Positions 26,297 to 36,656 of a DNA stretch of 64,000 bases are shown piece after piece. The notes beneath the pieces are model-generated. The model was not told where the DNA came from. It saw nothing but the letters and a program-made list of their open reading frames with translations, and did not search any database. This DNA is from an uncultured Verrucomicrobiota bacterium (GTDB lineage Bacteria; Verrucomicrobiota; Verrucomicrobiia; Palsa-1439), in assembly GCA_964533295.1 (NCBI GenBank), contig CAZHLM010000002.1:30497-94496 (forward strand), given 5' to 3'. Made by a program: the position numbers and the translations under genes. Within the stretch, counting starts at the first letter, position 1. Every line of letters starts with the position of its first letter.

Positions 26297-27505
26297 ATGC
26301 AATGGGCGCGAATTGGTCTGATGATCTTGGTGGCGGTGATGGGAATGAATGGCGGGCAGGCCGCCCCGCTCAAGGTGTTTATTCTGGCCGGGCAATCGAA
26401 CATGGAGGGGCACGCGAAGGTTACGACGTTCGATTACATCGGCGACGATCCGGTCACGGCGCCGTTGTTGAAGCAAATGAGGAATCCCGACGGCACGCCG
26501 CTTGTGTGCGACCGGGTTTGGATTTCGTATCTGACCGGCGACAACACGGAGAAGCTCGGCAAGCTGACGGTCGGGTATGGCGCGTTGGGGAGCGAGCCGA
26601 AGATCGGGCCGGAGTTCACCTTCGGGATTCGCCTGCAAGAATCGGTGCGCGGTCCGATCCTGCTCATCAAGACGGCGTGGGGCGGCAAGAACTTGCATAC
26701 GGACTTTCGGTCGCCGAGCGCGGGGCCGTTTGAACTGCCGCCGCGGACCCGTGAAATTTGGGACCAGCACCCGCAGGGAGCGCACGGGATTCCGAAGCTC
26801 GAGGATCGCGAAGCTTGGTGGCAGGATGTCCGGTCGCGGACCGGCGTGTATTACCGGCGCATGATCGAGCACGTGAAGAAGGTGCTCGCCGATCCGGGCC
26901 GCGTCTGCCCGGCCTACGATCCGCAGACGGGTTACGAGATCGCCGGCTTTGTCTGGCTGCAGGGTTGGAACGACCTGTGCGACGGCACGCCTTACCCCCA
27001 TGTGGAGAAGGGCAAGCGCTACGCCCTGTATTCGGATCTGCTGGCCCACTTTATTCGCGACGTGCGCAAGGATCTGGGCGCTCCCCAGATGCCGTTTGTG
27101 ATCGGTGTGATGGGCGTGGGCGGGGAGACCACCGACAAAAACATGTTGGACTTTCGGCAGGCCATGACGGCGCCGGCGCGCCTGCCGGAATTCAAGGGGC
27201 GCGTCGTGGCGGTGCCGACCGCGCCGTTTTGGGACGCGCGGTTGGGGGCGATTGACGCGAAACGCGCCCGGGTGAATCAGCGGCGGTGGGAATTGGGCAA
27301 TCAGGTGAAAGCCGGCAAACTGACGAAGGAGGAAGCCGACCGTCAGGTCAGGGAGTTCGAGGAAACCCTCATCACGGAGGAGGACCGGCAGTTGTGGGCG
27401 CGCGGCGCGTCGAATGGCGGGTATCATTATCTCGGCTGCGCGAAGACGTTTGCCCTCATGGGCCGGGCGTTTGCCGATGCGTGGCTGAATCTGGAGAAAC
27501 CGTGA
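26297..27505 (+). CDS. Secreted SASA/DUF303-family carbohydrate O-acetylesterase
   Basis: Signal MQWARIGLMILVAVMGMNGGQA. LKVFILAGQSNMEGHA and GYEIAGFVWLQGWNDL. Confidence 0.75.
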   Translation: MQWARIGLMILVAVMGMNGGQAAPLKVFILAGQSNMEGHAKVTTFDYIGDDPVTAPLLKQMRNPDGTPLVCDRVWISYLTGDNTEKLGKLTVGYGALGSEPKIGPEFTFGIRLQESVRGPILLIKTAWGGKNLHTDFRSPSAGPFELPPRTREIWDQHPQGAHGIPKLEDREAWWQDVRSRTGVYYRRMIEHVKKVLADPGRVCPAYDPQTGYEIAGFVWLQGWNDLCDGTPYPHVEKGKRYALYSDLLAHFIRDVRKDLGAPQMPFVIGVMGVGGETTDKNMLDFRQAMTAPARLPEFKGRVVAVPTAPFWDARLGAIDAKRARVNQRRWELGNQVKAGKLTKEEADRQVREFEETLITEEDRQLWARGASNGGYHYLGCAKTFALMGRAFADAWLNLEKP

Positions 27506-29934
27506 AAGCGATCCTCACCGTTGGTCTGCTCGTGGGACTGGCCGGTACCCTGCTCGCGGCGAAGCCGGTGGCGGAGCCGCCGGATTTGACGCGCAGCAAC
27601 ACCGTGGACCGGACGCGGACGTATAACCTTGGCCCGACCGGGTTGCGCGGGTGGATTTTCACCGCGCCGGAATCGCATCTCGATTCCGTGCAGGGACGGA
27701 CAACGGCCCGGAGCCGGCAGATCTTGGTCACGCATGTCGGGACGAACTCGCCGGCGTTTGGGATCGTCGAGGTCAACGATGTGATTCTCGGCGTGGGCGG
27801 GGAACTGTTCCGCGACGACGCGCGCCAGAGTTTCGGCCGCGCGATCACCGAGGCGGAAAAGACGGGGGTAATGCGGTTGACGTTTTTTCGGGCCGGCACG
27901 ACGAACGAGGCGCAGATCAAAATGTGCGTGCTGGGGGCGTACCGCGCAACGGCACCGTACGATTGTCCGAAATCAAAACGCATCTTGGCCGAGGCGTACC
28001 GGATTTTGGAGCAGGAACCGTTGCCGAAAAATTGGCACGGCGCGATTAGCGGTCTGGCCTTGCTGGCGGCCGGCGATTCGTCAGTGTCGCCCAACGTGCG
28101 GGACTTTGCCCGGTCCATCCAGCCCGGCGAGTTGAATCCCGACAAGTGTAGTTCATGGGAATGGGGGTACCTGAACCTTTTTCTGTGCGAGTACTACCTG
28201 CGGACGGGCGACAAGGAAGTGTTACCGGCGATTCGGGAGTACACGGTCAATCTCGCCCGGGCGCAAAGTTTGTACGGCACGTTTGGTCATGGCGGGGCCG
28301 GACGAACGGCGGCGGGCGGGTTTCATGGGTCGGTGCCGGCATACGGCCCGGTGAATCAAGCCGGGCTGAGCGCGAACCTGGCCATCGTGATGGGCAAGAG
28401 GTGCGGGATTCGCGATCCGGAGATTGATCCGGCCATCGAACGGGCCTCGCGGTTTTTCAGTTACTATGTGGGCAAGGGCACGATTCCCTACGGCGAACAC
28501 ATGCCGTGGCCCTATCACGAAAACAACGGCAAGAGCGCGATGGCAGCGGTCTTTTTTGCCGCGCAGGGGAACCGTCCCGTTGCGACGAAATATTTTGCGA
28601 AGATGGCCACCGCCGGTTATGCGAACCGGGAATACGGTCATACCGGGCAGGGATTCAGCTATTTGTGGGGCGTTCTGGGCGCCAATGCCGGCGGACCGGC
28701 TGCGGCGGCGGCCTTTGTGAAGGAGGCACAGTGGCATTTGGATTTGGTGCGGCGTTGCGACGGGTCGTTCACGTATGACGGCGCGGAACAATACGGCCCG
28801 GGGCAGACGGACGACGACACGTACTGGGGACGGAGCAGTTACAACGGATTGAGTCCGACCGCCTGCCATGTCCTGAGCTATGCCGTTCCGCTGCGGCGGC
28901 TCGTCATTACCGGCCGGGATGCCAGGAGCGCCGACTGGCTGAGCCGGCAGGATGTGGCGGAGGCCATCGCGTCGGGCCGGTTCGATTTGGATCGCAAACG
29001 GAAGAGTGTGCCGGAGTTGTTGCGGGCCTTTAACGATTGGTCGCCGGTGGTTCGCGGTTGGGCGGCCGAAGAACTTGCGGCTCGCCCGGAAGCAAAAACG
29101 CTCGTGCCGGAACTGCTCAAGCTGGCCGAAAGTCCGCAGCCGAATGTCCGGCAGGCGGCTTGTGAAACGCTGGGGAACATCAAGGACCCCGCCGCCGTGC
29201 CGGTGCTGGTGCGGTTGCTGCGCCACGAAGATCGTTGGCTGCGGGTCAAGGCCGGGGAAGCATTGAAGAAGATGGGCGACGCCGCGTTGCCGGTTTTGCC
29301 GGAGATGCTTCGGGCGATGGCGGACACGGCCGAGCCGCTGCAGCCGATTGAGTGGGCCGATCCCATTCAGTTCGCGCAAGGGCAGTTGGCCGAGACGGTG
29401 TTCGCGGGGCCGTTGAAACAGTCGCTGCCGACCGCGGATCGGAAGCGATTGTATCCCGCCATTCGCGCCGTCGCGAAAAATGCGGACGGCATGGCGCGGG
29501 CGCGGTTGCGGGACACGTTCGCGAATCTGCTGACCGAGGAGGATGTCCGGGCGCTGGCGCCGGATCTGATGGCGGCGATTGAGGAGTTGGCGCCGGCGGA
29601 CTTGATGTTCGCCAATGAAATCCGCATGGGCGCGTTGCAGGCGCTCGTGAAATACCGGTTCCGCGAGGCGATTCCGCTCTGTGTCCAATTCGCGCGTACC
29701 CAAAGCAAGCACGGCAGTCAGGAGCGGACCGGCGTGATCCTGAAACTGCTGGAAAGTTACGGTATCGCCGCGCAGGAAGTCTTGCCCGAGCTGCGGGAGT
29801 TTCTCGAGTACTGCCGGACGGAACCGAATTTCCCCGAATGGGCGCGCAAAGAGAAAGCGGCCTCGGTGGAGGCGGCGGTCCGGGCGATTGAAGCGGCCCA
29901 AGAACAGCCGCCGCTAAAGAGCCTGTCCAATTAA
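27502..29934 (+). CDS. Giant secreted PDZ-(alpha/alpha)6-HEAT-repeat protein, paralog B (810 aa)
   Basis: GTG start overlapping the upstream TGA (GTGA). Signal VKAILTVGLLVGLAGTLLAA. IKMCVLGAYRATAPYDCPKS, WEWGYLNLFLCEYYLRTGD, WHLDLVRRCDGSF. HEAT block LAESPQPNVRQAACETLGNIKDPAAVPVLVRLLRHEDRWLRVKAGEAL. Confidence 0.6.
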   Translation: MKAILTVGLLVGLAGTLLAAKPVAEPPDLTRSNTVDRTRTYNLGPTGLRGWIFTAPESHLDSVQGRTTARSRQILVTHVGTNSPAFGIVEVNDVILGVGGELFRDDARQSFGRAITEAEKTGVMRLTFFRAGTTNEAQIKMCVLGAYRATAPYDCPKSKRILAEAYRILEQEPLPKNWHGAISGLALLAAGDSSVSPNVRDFARSIQPGELNPDKCSSWEWGYLNLFLCEYYLRTGDKEVLPAIREYTVNLARAQSLYGTFGHGGAGRTAAGGFHGSVPAYGPVNQAGLSANLAIVMGKRCGIRDPEIDPAIERASRFFSYYVGKGTIPYGEHMPWPYHENNGKSAMAAVFFAAQGNRPVATKYFAKMATAGYANREYGHTGQGFSYLWGVLGANAGGPAAAAAFVKEAQWHLDLVRRCDGSFTYDGAEQYGPGQTDDDTYWGRSSYNGLSPTACHVLSYAVPLRRLVITGRDARSADWLSRQDVAEAIASGRFDLDRKRKSVPELLRAFNDWSPVVRGWAAEELAARPEAKTLVPELLKLAESPQPNVRQAACETLGNIKDPAAVPVLVRLLRHEDRWLRVKAGEALKKMGDAALPVLPEMLRAMADTAEPLQPIEWADPIQFAQGQLAETVFAGPLKQSLPTADRKRLYPAIRAVAKNADGMARARLRDTFANLLTEEDVRALAPDLMAAIEELAPADLMFANEIRMGALQALVKYRFREAIPLCVQFARTQSKHGSQERTGVILKLLESYGIAAQEVLPELREFLEYCRTEPNFPEWARKEKAASVEAAVRAIEAAQEQPPLKSLSN

Positions 29935-29949
29935 AAGAAAGAAGTATCC

Positions 29950-32900
29950 ATGAAGATATCTGAACTCATCACCGGCTTGGCGCTTCTGACGGGATTGGCG
30001 GCAAACCCGGTTGTGGCTGCGGCGGATTATTACACCGAACCGCCGCTGTATCATTCGCGGCCGGACCCGAAGAAGGAACGCCATTTCGGCGACGTCGGCG
30101 TGACCGGGTTGAAGGCGCGCATCTATCCCGGTGTCGTGCTCAAGGTCGAGGAAACGGTGCCGGGAACACCAGCAGACGGCAAGTTCGCCAAGGGCGACGT
30201 GATTACCGGCGTCGACGGCGTTGCGCTGCAGGGGCGGAACCCGTTCGTCGTTCTTGGCGAGGCGTTGACCGCCGCCGAGGCGAAGGACGGCAAGCTGGTG
30301 TTCGAGTTGGAAGGCAAGAAGCCGGTCACGGTGGTCATCCCGGTGCTCGGCGCGTACAGCGCGACGTGGCCGCTGGATTGCCCGAAGTCGCAGGCGATTA
30401 TCAAGGGAGCGGCGGAGTACTACCGGCAGACGTTGGAGTATGCCGGCGAGTCGCACAGCGACCGCGACAGGGAACGGCACGGCATCGGCGGGGCGTTGGC
30501 GTGTTTGTTCCTGCTTTCGACCGGTGATGACCAGTATTTGCCACGGGTGAAATCGTATTTTGATGAGTTGGGCAGGAACATCAAGGGCATCGGCGACAAC
30601 ACATGGGCGAACGGCTACAACGGCATCGCCTGCGCGGAGTATTACTTGCGGACGGGCGACAAGTCGGTGTTGCCGGTCTTGCAGTATTACTGCGACGACG
30701 CCCGCGACCGGCAATTCTACGGCATTGGCTGGGGACACTGGGGCCGGCAGATCAATCCCGGTTACGTCTCCGGCGGGTTGATGAATCCGGCGGGCGCGCA
30801 AGTGGCGACAACGTTGCTGCTGGCGAAGGAATGCGGCGTGAACGTGGATGACCGGACGATGCTCGGCGCGTTGCAATACTTTTACCGGTTCGCCGGGCGC
30901 GGCAGCGTGGCGTATGGCGATCATCGCGGCGAGGGCGGCCTCGGCTCGAATGGCAAGGACGGCATGGTCGCGGCGTTGATGCAGGTGGCGACCGGCGCGC
31001 AGGGCGAGACGAGGGTCTACCGGCAAGCGCGGAACTATTTCGCGTTGTCCATGCTCGACAGTTTTCCCGCGTTGGTGACCGGCCACGGCGACGAAGGACG
31101 CGGCGACGCCATCTGGCGTTCCATCACGTCGGCGTATCTGCGCGACATCAAACCCGAGGCGTACCGGGCGACGATGGACGAGTTGAAATGGTGGTACGAC
31201 TTGAGCCGCCGTCCGTCGGGCGCGTTGGGCGTGGCGACAGCGCAGCGGTTCGACGACGAAGGTTCAGGTGCCGGGTTGGCGATTGCATACACCGCGCCAT
31301 TGCGGACGTTGCGGATTACCGGCGCGGCGCGCTCGAAGTTTGCGAAGGAGTTCACGGTGCCGGCCAACCCCTGGGGCCGACCGGCGGATTTGGCGTTTCT
31401 GTCCACCGAGTCGGACGCGAAAGAGCCGGTGTATCAGTTGGCGCGCAAACTCGGCGACGCGTATAGCGCGGAACCGAACTATGCCGGGATGTCGGCGGCG
31501 GAGCTGGCGCGGATTGCCCGGCACCGCAACTACATGATCCGTGCGCAAGCGGCGAAGGCGTTGATGCATACCGGGGCGTTTGGCGAATTGGAAAAGATGA
31601 TGGCGGACCCGGATCCGCGGGTGCGCCGGGCGGCGTGCGACGGGTTGACGGATTACCGGTATTGGTTTGCGGTCGGGAAGAAGCCGATCCGACCGGAGGA
31701 CGTGTCGCCGAAGATGGTTCAGGCATTGCGGGGGATGTTGGTGGATCCGAACGAGGCGATTTACGTCGTGGACGGGGCGTTGATGGCGTTGAGTTGCGCG
31801 ACGCCGGCCGCCGTGGCGGAATGCGTGCCGGATATTTTGCCGTGGACGACGCACGAGGAATGGTGGGTCCGTCAGTCGGCATTTCGGGCGTTGGCGACGG
31901 CGGCGCAGGCGGAGGGCGTGGCCGCGAAGGTGTTGCCGGTGCTGGCGGAGATGTTGCGGCGCGAACAGCGTCCCACGGCGCGCGAGACGATGAACGGTTT
32001 GTTGGCGCGGCTGGCGCCGACTCTCAAGATGAACCGGGAAATCGTGGCGGCGTTTCAGCGCGCGGTGGCGGAGACGGAAATTCAACCCGGTCCGCGTGCC
32101 GGTGAGGGTGGTTACTACGTTCAGGAAGCGGCCGTGGCCGGGCTAAAGTCCGACTCGGGCGGCGCGCTGAGGATTGCGGAAGCGGTTCAGGTTCGTCTCC
32201 CGAAGCTCGAAACCCGGTATATCATCAACGTCGTGGACGCGCTGGTGGCGGCGCGCGAGACGTTGGCGGCGGAAGCGCGCGAGCAGGTGACCGAACAGCT
32301 CTACGGGAGTTACCGGCGGGAATTGATTCAGCGGATGAATGCCGGCGAGACGCCGCTCGATACGATTGTGACGCTGACGCAACTGAAGCATCCCGAAGCC
32401 GGTTGGCGCGAAGTCGGCCGGCCGGCCGGGGCGGAGCGGGTCTGGCGGTTCACGTCGTTTGAGCCGCAGGGGGCGGACGTGATGCATCCGCGCGAGGGGA
32501 AACGGTTTCGGGATGTGACGTTACCGGCGGGATTGGCGAGTTGGTATCTGCCGGAGTTTGATGCCGGTCAGTGGAACAGCGGCAAGGCGCCGATTGGCAA
32601 GGGGGTGTTCACGGCTCGACGGGGCAAGAAGTCCGCCATTGAAAATCAGTCCACGTGGGGCGACGGCGAGTTTTTGCTGGCGCGGACGACGTTTGAGTTG
32701 GATGCGGTGGATTGCGATTACTACCGGCTTGGCGTGTTGGCGAAACAAGGATTCCACATTTATCTGAACGGGCAGAAGATTCACACGTACATCTGGTGGA
32801 ACGATAATCCCGAGTACCGGAAGATTGGCCTGGGCGCGGACGCGGTGAAGCAGTTGAAGACGGGAACGAATGTGCTGGCCGTGTACGCCAACGCGGGTTA

Positions 32901-32979
32901 CGTGGACGGGGAGCAAGTTGGGCAGTTGGATGTCCGCCTTGAAGGTTTGAAGAAGGCGGAGTTGCTCAAGGAAGAATAA
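29950..32979 (+). CDS. Giant secreted PDZ-(alpha/alpha)6-HEAT-repeat protein, paralog C (1009 aa) with C-terminal GH2-N-like beta-sandwich
   Basis: Signal MKISELITGLALLTGLAANPVVAAA. VTVVIPVLGAYSATWPLDCPKS, WANGYNGIACAEYYLRTGD, WYDLSRRPSGALG. HEAT block MADPDPRVRRAACDGL. C-terminal YRLGVLAKQGFHIYLNGQKI. Confidence 0.6.
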   Translation: MKISELITGLALLTGLAANPVVAAADYYTEPPLYHSRPDPKKERHFGDVGVTGLKARIYPGVVLKVEETVPGTPADGKFAKGDVITGVDGVALQGRNPFVVLGEALTAAEAKDGKLVFELEGKKPVTVVIPVLGAYSATWPLDCPKSQAIIKGAAEYYRQTLEYAGESHSDRDRERHGIGGALACLFLLSTGDDQYLPRVKSYFDELGRNIKGIGDNTWANGYNGIACAEYYLRTGDKSVLPVLQYYCDDARDRQFYGIGWGHWGRQINPGYVSGGLMNPAGAQVATTLLLAKECGVNVDDRTMLGALQYFYRFAGRGSVAYGDHRGEGGLGSNGKDGMVAALMQVATGAQGETRVYRQARNYFALSMLDSFPALVTGHGDEGRGDAIWRSITSAYLRDIKPEAYRATMDELKWWYDLSRRPSGALGVATAQRFDDEGSGAGLAIAYTAPLRTLRITGAARSKFAKEFTVPANPWGRPADLAFLSTESDAKEPVYQLARKLGDAYSAEPNYAGMSAAELARIARHRNYMIRAQAAKALMHTGAFGELEKMMADPDPRVRRAACDGLTDYRYWFAVGKKPIRPEDVSPKMVQALRGMLVDPNEAIYVVDGALMALSCATPAAVAECVPDILPWTTHEEWWVRQSAFRALATAAQAEGVAAKVLPVLAEMLRREQRPTARETMNGLLARLAPTLKMNREIVAAFQRAVAETEIQPGPRAGEGGYYVQEAAVAGLKSDSGGALRIAEAVQVRLPKLETRYIINVVDALVAARETLAAEAREQVTEQLYGSYRRELIQRMNAGETPLDTIVTLTQLKHPEAGWREVGRPAGAERVWRFTSFEPQGADVMHPREGKRFRDVTLPAGLASWYLPEFDAGQWNSGKAPIGKGVFTARRGKKSAIENQSTWGDGEFLLARTTFELDAVDCDYYRLGVLAKQGFHIYLNGQKIHTYIWWNDNPEYRKIGLGADAVKQLKTGTNVLAVYANAGYVDGEQVGQLDVRLEGLKKAELLKEE

Positions 32980-33194
32980 CCTTCCAGAACGCACTCCGCG
33001 CCGTCGGTGTCGGCGGAGGGGGGCTTGCCGGGTCGCTGTTATGTTGGACGATGATCCAGTTTGCTCAAAAGGTGCTCATGGCCCCGAAGCGAGCGTGTCC
33101 GGTCTGGGACGAGATCGCGGGCTTTGTCTGGTTTCGAAGAGGGAATATTCTGCGTGAGGGCGCAACTGCCGCCATTGCCCCCGCCGGGCCGCCT

Positions 33195-35168
33195 TCAGGT
33201 GTATTGGAAAATCGCCATGTGGCGAATCGTGGACGGGTCGGCTCCCAGAAGTAACTGCACAACCGGCACCAGCGTCCACAACGCGTTGGCAAAAATCTCG
33301 CCAAAGATCAGGCCGAGGAACACCGGTTGAGCCACCCGATACGCCCGCGCTCCGCCCAATCGGATCAGGAGTGTCTTGACCAGCCAGCCCAAGAATAGAC
33401 TCATGAACAGCCGGAATCCAATGGATGAATAGACAAAAATCAGACCCATCGGATGCAGCGGCCACCACGGAAAGCGCCCGCAGAGAACGAGCAACACTGC
33501 TCCCAAAAACACTCCCCAGAGAATCGTCAGCCCTTTCTCCACCGGGAACCCGGCATCGCGGCCCGCGATGATCTTGACCACCGGCTCCAGCGTGATCATC
33601 TCCGTCCCGCGTCCCGTGATGGGCCGGTTCAAACCATCCAGGGAACTCGCCCAGTGATACCCCATGTCCAGATGGACGGCCCCGCACACCAAAAACCCCA
33701 GCACGAGCACCACGATACCGGCCAGCGCCACCCGCCGCTGTGCCGGCGGGTGGGCGGCACGGTCCATCCCCAAGGCCAACATCGCCATCGTCGCCGCACT
33801 GACCGCCGACGCTCGATTCGCCAGGATGTAATGAGCTTCCTGCAAGAATGCCGTGGCCACGCTCTGCCACCGGGCCGGGAAGAGACTCGACAGGCGCTCC
33901 GACGTCAGCGCGATAATCCAGACATAGGTCAAACCGGTTTCGGCCACGATGCGCGCCACCACGAGCATGATGATCACGGCCGTTGCCACAAACAACATCG
34001 CCCACCACCAACCCACCCCGGCCCAGACAAACCAACCCAGCATGACAACGCCACCGACCAGAAACAGCCGCCCGGCCAACGCGGCATTGTCCTCTTGCTC
34101 GCGCCCGAAGGCCGCGCGCAACACGCGCCAATAATGTTTCCGTCCGAGCCAGATGATACCGGCCGCCATCGCCAGCAACGCCCCGCACGCCTGGTCATAG
34201 AGCCTCCCCGCATCGAAAAACGGCCGGTAGATCGCCGTGTACATCAGAAAAAAACCAAACAACAACACCGTGAACCAAATCGAAAAACTGTAGCGATTGG
34301 GCATGAAAAACGCCAAACCCACAAACACAAAATAAATCCGCCCCTGCGTCAAAACCCCGGGCATGAATCGCCACACCCCTTCCGTGAACATATCCCGGAT
34401 GTCCCATGTCACCGGAAACGAAGGCACGGCGCCATCCGTGAACATCGCCAACCCCACGCTGGAATGAATCGCCAACACCACACCACAACTCACCCAAAAC
34501 GGAATGGATCGGAACAACGGCGGTAACACCGGCCTCTCTCCCGGTACGTCCAGGATCGCGTGATACACACGCAGCAGCGGGAACGCCAGCCGCTCCACGC
34601 CCACCCACTGCGGAAACACCATTAACCCCATCCCCACCAGCAACACCCAGAACGCCACAAACAAAACGCCCCAAGTCAAGAACGGGACCACCCACGCCGA
34701 CCACGGAATCGCGGCCCCCGGCGCCAGTTCATCCACCAACTGGCTCGCCACCGGCGTCGCCACCCCGTGTCCGATCCGGTCCGGAAACAGCGCCGCCGGC
34801 AGGGTCGAGTCGGCGATGGCCGGCGCCAAGGTCGGCGATTCGTTGATCCGCTCCGTGGCCACCGTCAGGCTGTGCGGCCAGAACCGCAACAGCCCATTGC
34901 TCGGCACCACTGCCGCAAACAGCAGAATCCCGGTCAGGAACGCCAGATGCCGCGACTCCAACACGCAGTCGGGACCGAACCGCCGCAGGAGCGGATTGAT
35001 GACCAAGACGAGAACAACCAGGCACACCAACACAATCTCCGGCAGGTAACTGTCGCTGATGAAACTGTTGTTCAGGACGAAATTGTTGTACGGCACCGCC
35101 AGCCAGAGGCCCACCGCCAGCAGCAACCCGATACCCAGACTGACGACCGTTCGCCGGTCATTCCACAC
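33195..35168 (-). CDS. Polytopic inner-membrane protein of unknown function (>=12 predicted TM helices, 657 aa)
   Basis: Translation is dominated by long hydrophobic segments (e.g. LGIGLLLAVGLWLAV, IVLVCLVVLVLVINPLL, VVPFLTWGVLFVAFWVLLVGMGLMVF, FFDAGRLYDQACGALLAMAAGIIWLG, LISGVFLGAVLLVLCG). No recognisable catalytic motif. Confidence 0.55.
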   Translation of the reverse strand: MWNDRRTVVSLGIGLLLAVGLWLAVPYNNFVLNNSFISDSYLPEIVLVCLVVLVLVINPLLRRFGPDCVLESRHLAFLTGILLFAAVVPSNGLLRFWPHSLTVATERINESPTLAPAIADSTLPAALFPDRIGHGVATPVASQLVDELAPGAAIPWSAWVVPFLTWGVLFVAFWVLLVGMGLMVFPQWVGVERLAFPLLRVYHAILDVPGERPVLPPLFRSIPFWVSCGVVLAIHSSVGLAMFTDGAVPSFPVTWDIRDMFTEGVWRFMPGVLTQGRIYFVFVGLAFFMPNRYSFSIWFTVLLFGFFLMYTAIYRPFFDAGRLYDQACGALLAMAAGIIWLGRKHYWRVLRAAFGREQEDNAALAGRLFLVGGVVMLGWFVWAGVGWWWAMLFVATAVIIMLVVARIVAETGLTYVWIIALTSERLSSLFPARWQSVATAFLQEAHYILANRASAVSAATMAMLALGMDRAAHPPAQRRVALAGIVVLVLGFLVCGAVHLDMGYHWASSLDGLNRPITGRGTEMITLEPVVKIIAGRDAGFPVEKGLTILWGVFLGAVLLVLCGRFPWWPLHPMGLIFVYSSIGFRLFMSLFLGWLVKTLLIRLGGARAYRVAQPVFLGLIFGEIFANALWTLVPVVQLLLGADPSTIRHMAIFQYT

Positions 35169-35256
35169 AGGCGCATCCTACCCGTGCGCCGTCCCACCGG
35201 CAATCCGGCTCATCGAGTCGGGCGCGACTGGGAGTGGCGGTCAACCGAGCGCATTC

Positions 35257-35360
35257 TTGGAGGGCGGGCAGGCCTGTCGTTCAGGCTGCCCGCCGTTGGT
35301 TTGATGCTGGAACAACGCACGCGGCGCGCACCCCCAACGACGGGGATGCGCGCCCTGCAA
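35257..35360 (+). repeat. Copy 3 of TIR-bounded double-hairpin intergenic element
   Basis: ttggagggcgggcaggcctGTCGTtcaggctgcccgcc...ggcgcgcacccccaACGACggggatgcgcgccctgcaa. Confidence 0.6.
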
Positions 35361-35504
35361 CCCTCACGACGGACCGCCACTTCTGGTTGCACCCGACCGA
35401 GGCGGCCGGCAGCGGCAGGTGTCGGCGAGCACGTTGTCCGACACCCCAAGCCGCGCCGCGCGCCGCCGCTGCACGCTTCGCAGGCTGATCCGTGTTCGGC
35501 CGTG

Positions 35505-36656
35505 TCACGGTACCGGGCAGCCCGGCGAAGTCGCTTGTTGCGGCAGGGTCAAGACCGCCCGGAAGGCAGGCTTTGGCTGGAGCGACCGATCCCACAGCAA
35601 CGGGTGATTGGTGCGGCTGCACGGCCAGGTGTTCAACCAACTGCGGCCATCGTGCAGCCCCCAAAACGTGACGCGCCGGATCTTGTCCCGGTGCTTGTAG
35701 AACAACGCGAACAGCCGGCCATATTGATCGGCGAGTCGTTTTTGGACGTCGGGTGGCAGGCCGTTGACGAATGGATCCACCTGGTCCGCTTGCCGGGCGG
35801 AGACATCGGCGCCGCCAACCTGACGCGGCACCACATCAATATCCAGTTCCGTAATCGCCACCGCCAGCCCTTCCCGGTGAAACGCGATGATCGCCTCCTC
35901 GATGGCTGCATAGGGGATTTTATCCAGTTCCCAATGTCCCTGGATGCCAATCCCATCAATCGGCGCGCCGCGCCGTTTGAGATCGCGGATGAGCCGCAAC
36001 GTCTTGGCCCGTTTCTGCGGCCATTCGATGCTGTAGTCGTTGTAGTACAACTGGGCCTGCGGGTCGGCCTTTCGCGCGGCGTGGAACGCCTCCGCCAGAT
36101 AACCCTCGCCGAGCGAGGTCAGCCATTTCGATTTCCGCAGATCATCGTCACCATCCCCGATGGCCTCGTTGACGACGTCCCAGCTCTGCACCTTGCCGGC
36201 ATAGCGGCCGACCACGGTTGCGATGTGGTCGCGCAAGCGGCGGAGCACCCGCCGGCGTCCGCCCGGCAGGCTGGCGCCCGCGAAGAACCAGTCGGGACAT
36301 TGGGCGTGCCAGACGAGCGTGTGACCGTTGACCGTCAGGCCGCTGGCTTGCGCCATTTGCACCAGCGCATCGGCGGCAGCAAACTCGTAGCGGTTCTCGG
36401 CGGGGTGCATCGGCCGCGGTTTCATGCAGTTCTCCGGCGTCACCGTGTTGAAATGCTGCACCAGAAGCTCCTGTTCCGCCGCGCTCAATCCCGAAGCCGG
36501 TATGGCCACCCCGATCGAGAAAGCGTCGGCGTAAGCCTGCCGGAGAGTTTGGGGAACCGTCGGGCGGTGGTGGTCGCGATCGGGCATCGTCTCTCCGTGA
36601 ATGGTGGTCAATGGAAGCGCCAACAGAACGCCCCACCATCCGCAGAGCGTTTTCAT
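35505..36656 (-). CDS. GH10 endo-1,4-beta-xylanase (secreted)
   Basis: Signal MKTLCGWWGVLLALPLTT. TVTPENCMKP, WDVVNEA (acid/base), ITELDI (nucleophile). Confidence 0.85.
   Translation of the reverse strand: MKTLCGWWGVLLALPLTTIHGETMPDRDHHRPTVPQTLRQAYADAFSIGVAIPASGLSAAEQELLVQHFNTVTPENCMKPRPMHPAENRYEFAAADALVQMAQASGLTVNGHTLVWHAQCPDWFFAGASLPGGRRRVLRRLRDHIATVVGRYAGKVQSWDVVNEAIGDGDDDLRKSKWLTSLGEGYLAEAFHAARKADPQAQLYYNDYSIEWPQKRAKTLRLIRDLKRRGAPIDGIGIQGHWELDKIPYAAIEEAIIAFHREGLAVAITELDIDVVPRQVGGADVSARQADQVDPFVNGLPPDVQKRLADQYGRLFALFYKHRDKIRRVTFWGLHDGRSWLNTWPCSRTNHPLLWDRSLQPKPAFRAVLTLPQQATSPGCPVP

Noticed and set aside
32980-33194. Candidate bidirectional terminator in the convergent gap between paralog C and the membrane protein
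   Set aside because: Only a weak 5-bp stem (cgccg...cggcg) with no U-tract; not supportable as an intrinsic terminator from sequence alone.
33453-34526. 357-aa + strand ORF rich in His/Arg/Pro
   Set aside because: Antisense to the polytopic membrane protein, whose hydrophobic periodicity is far more convincing as coding.
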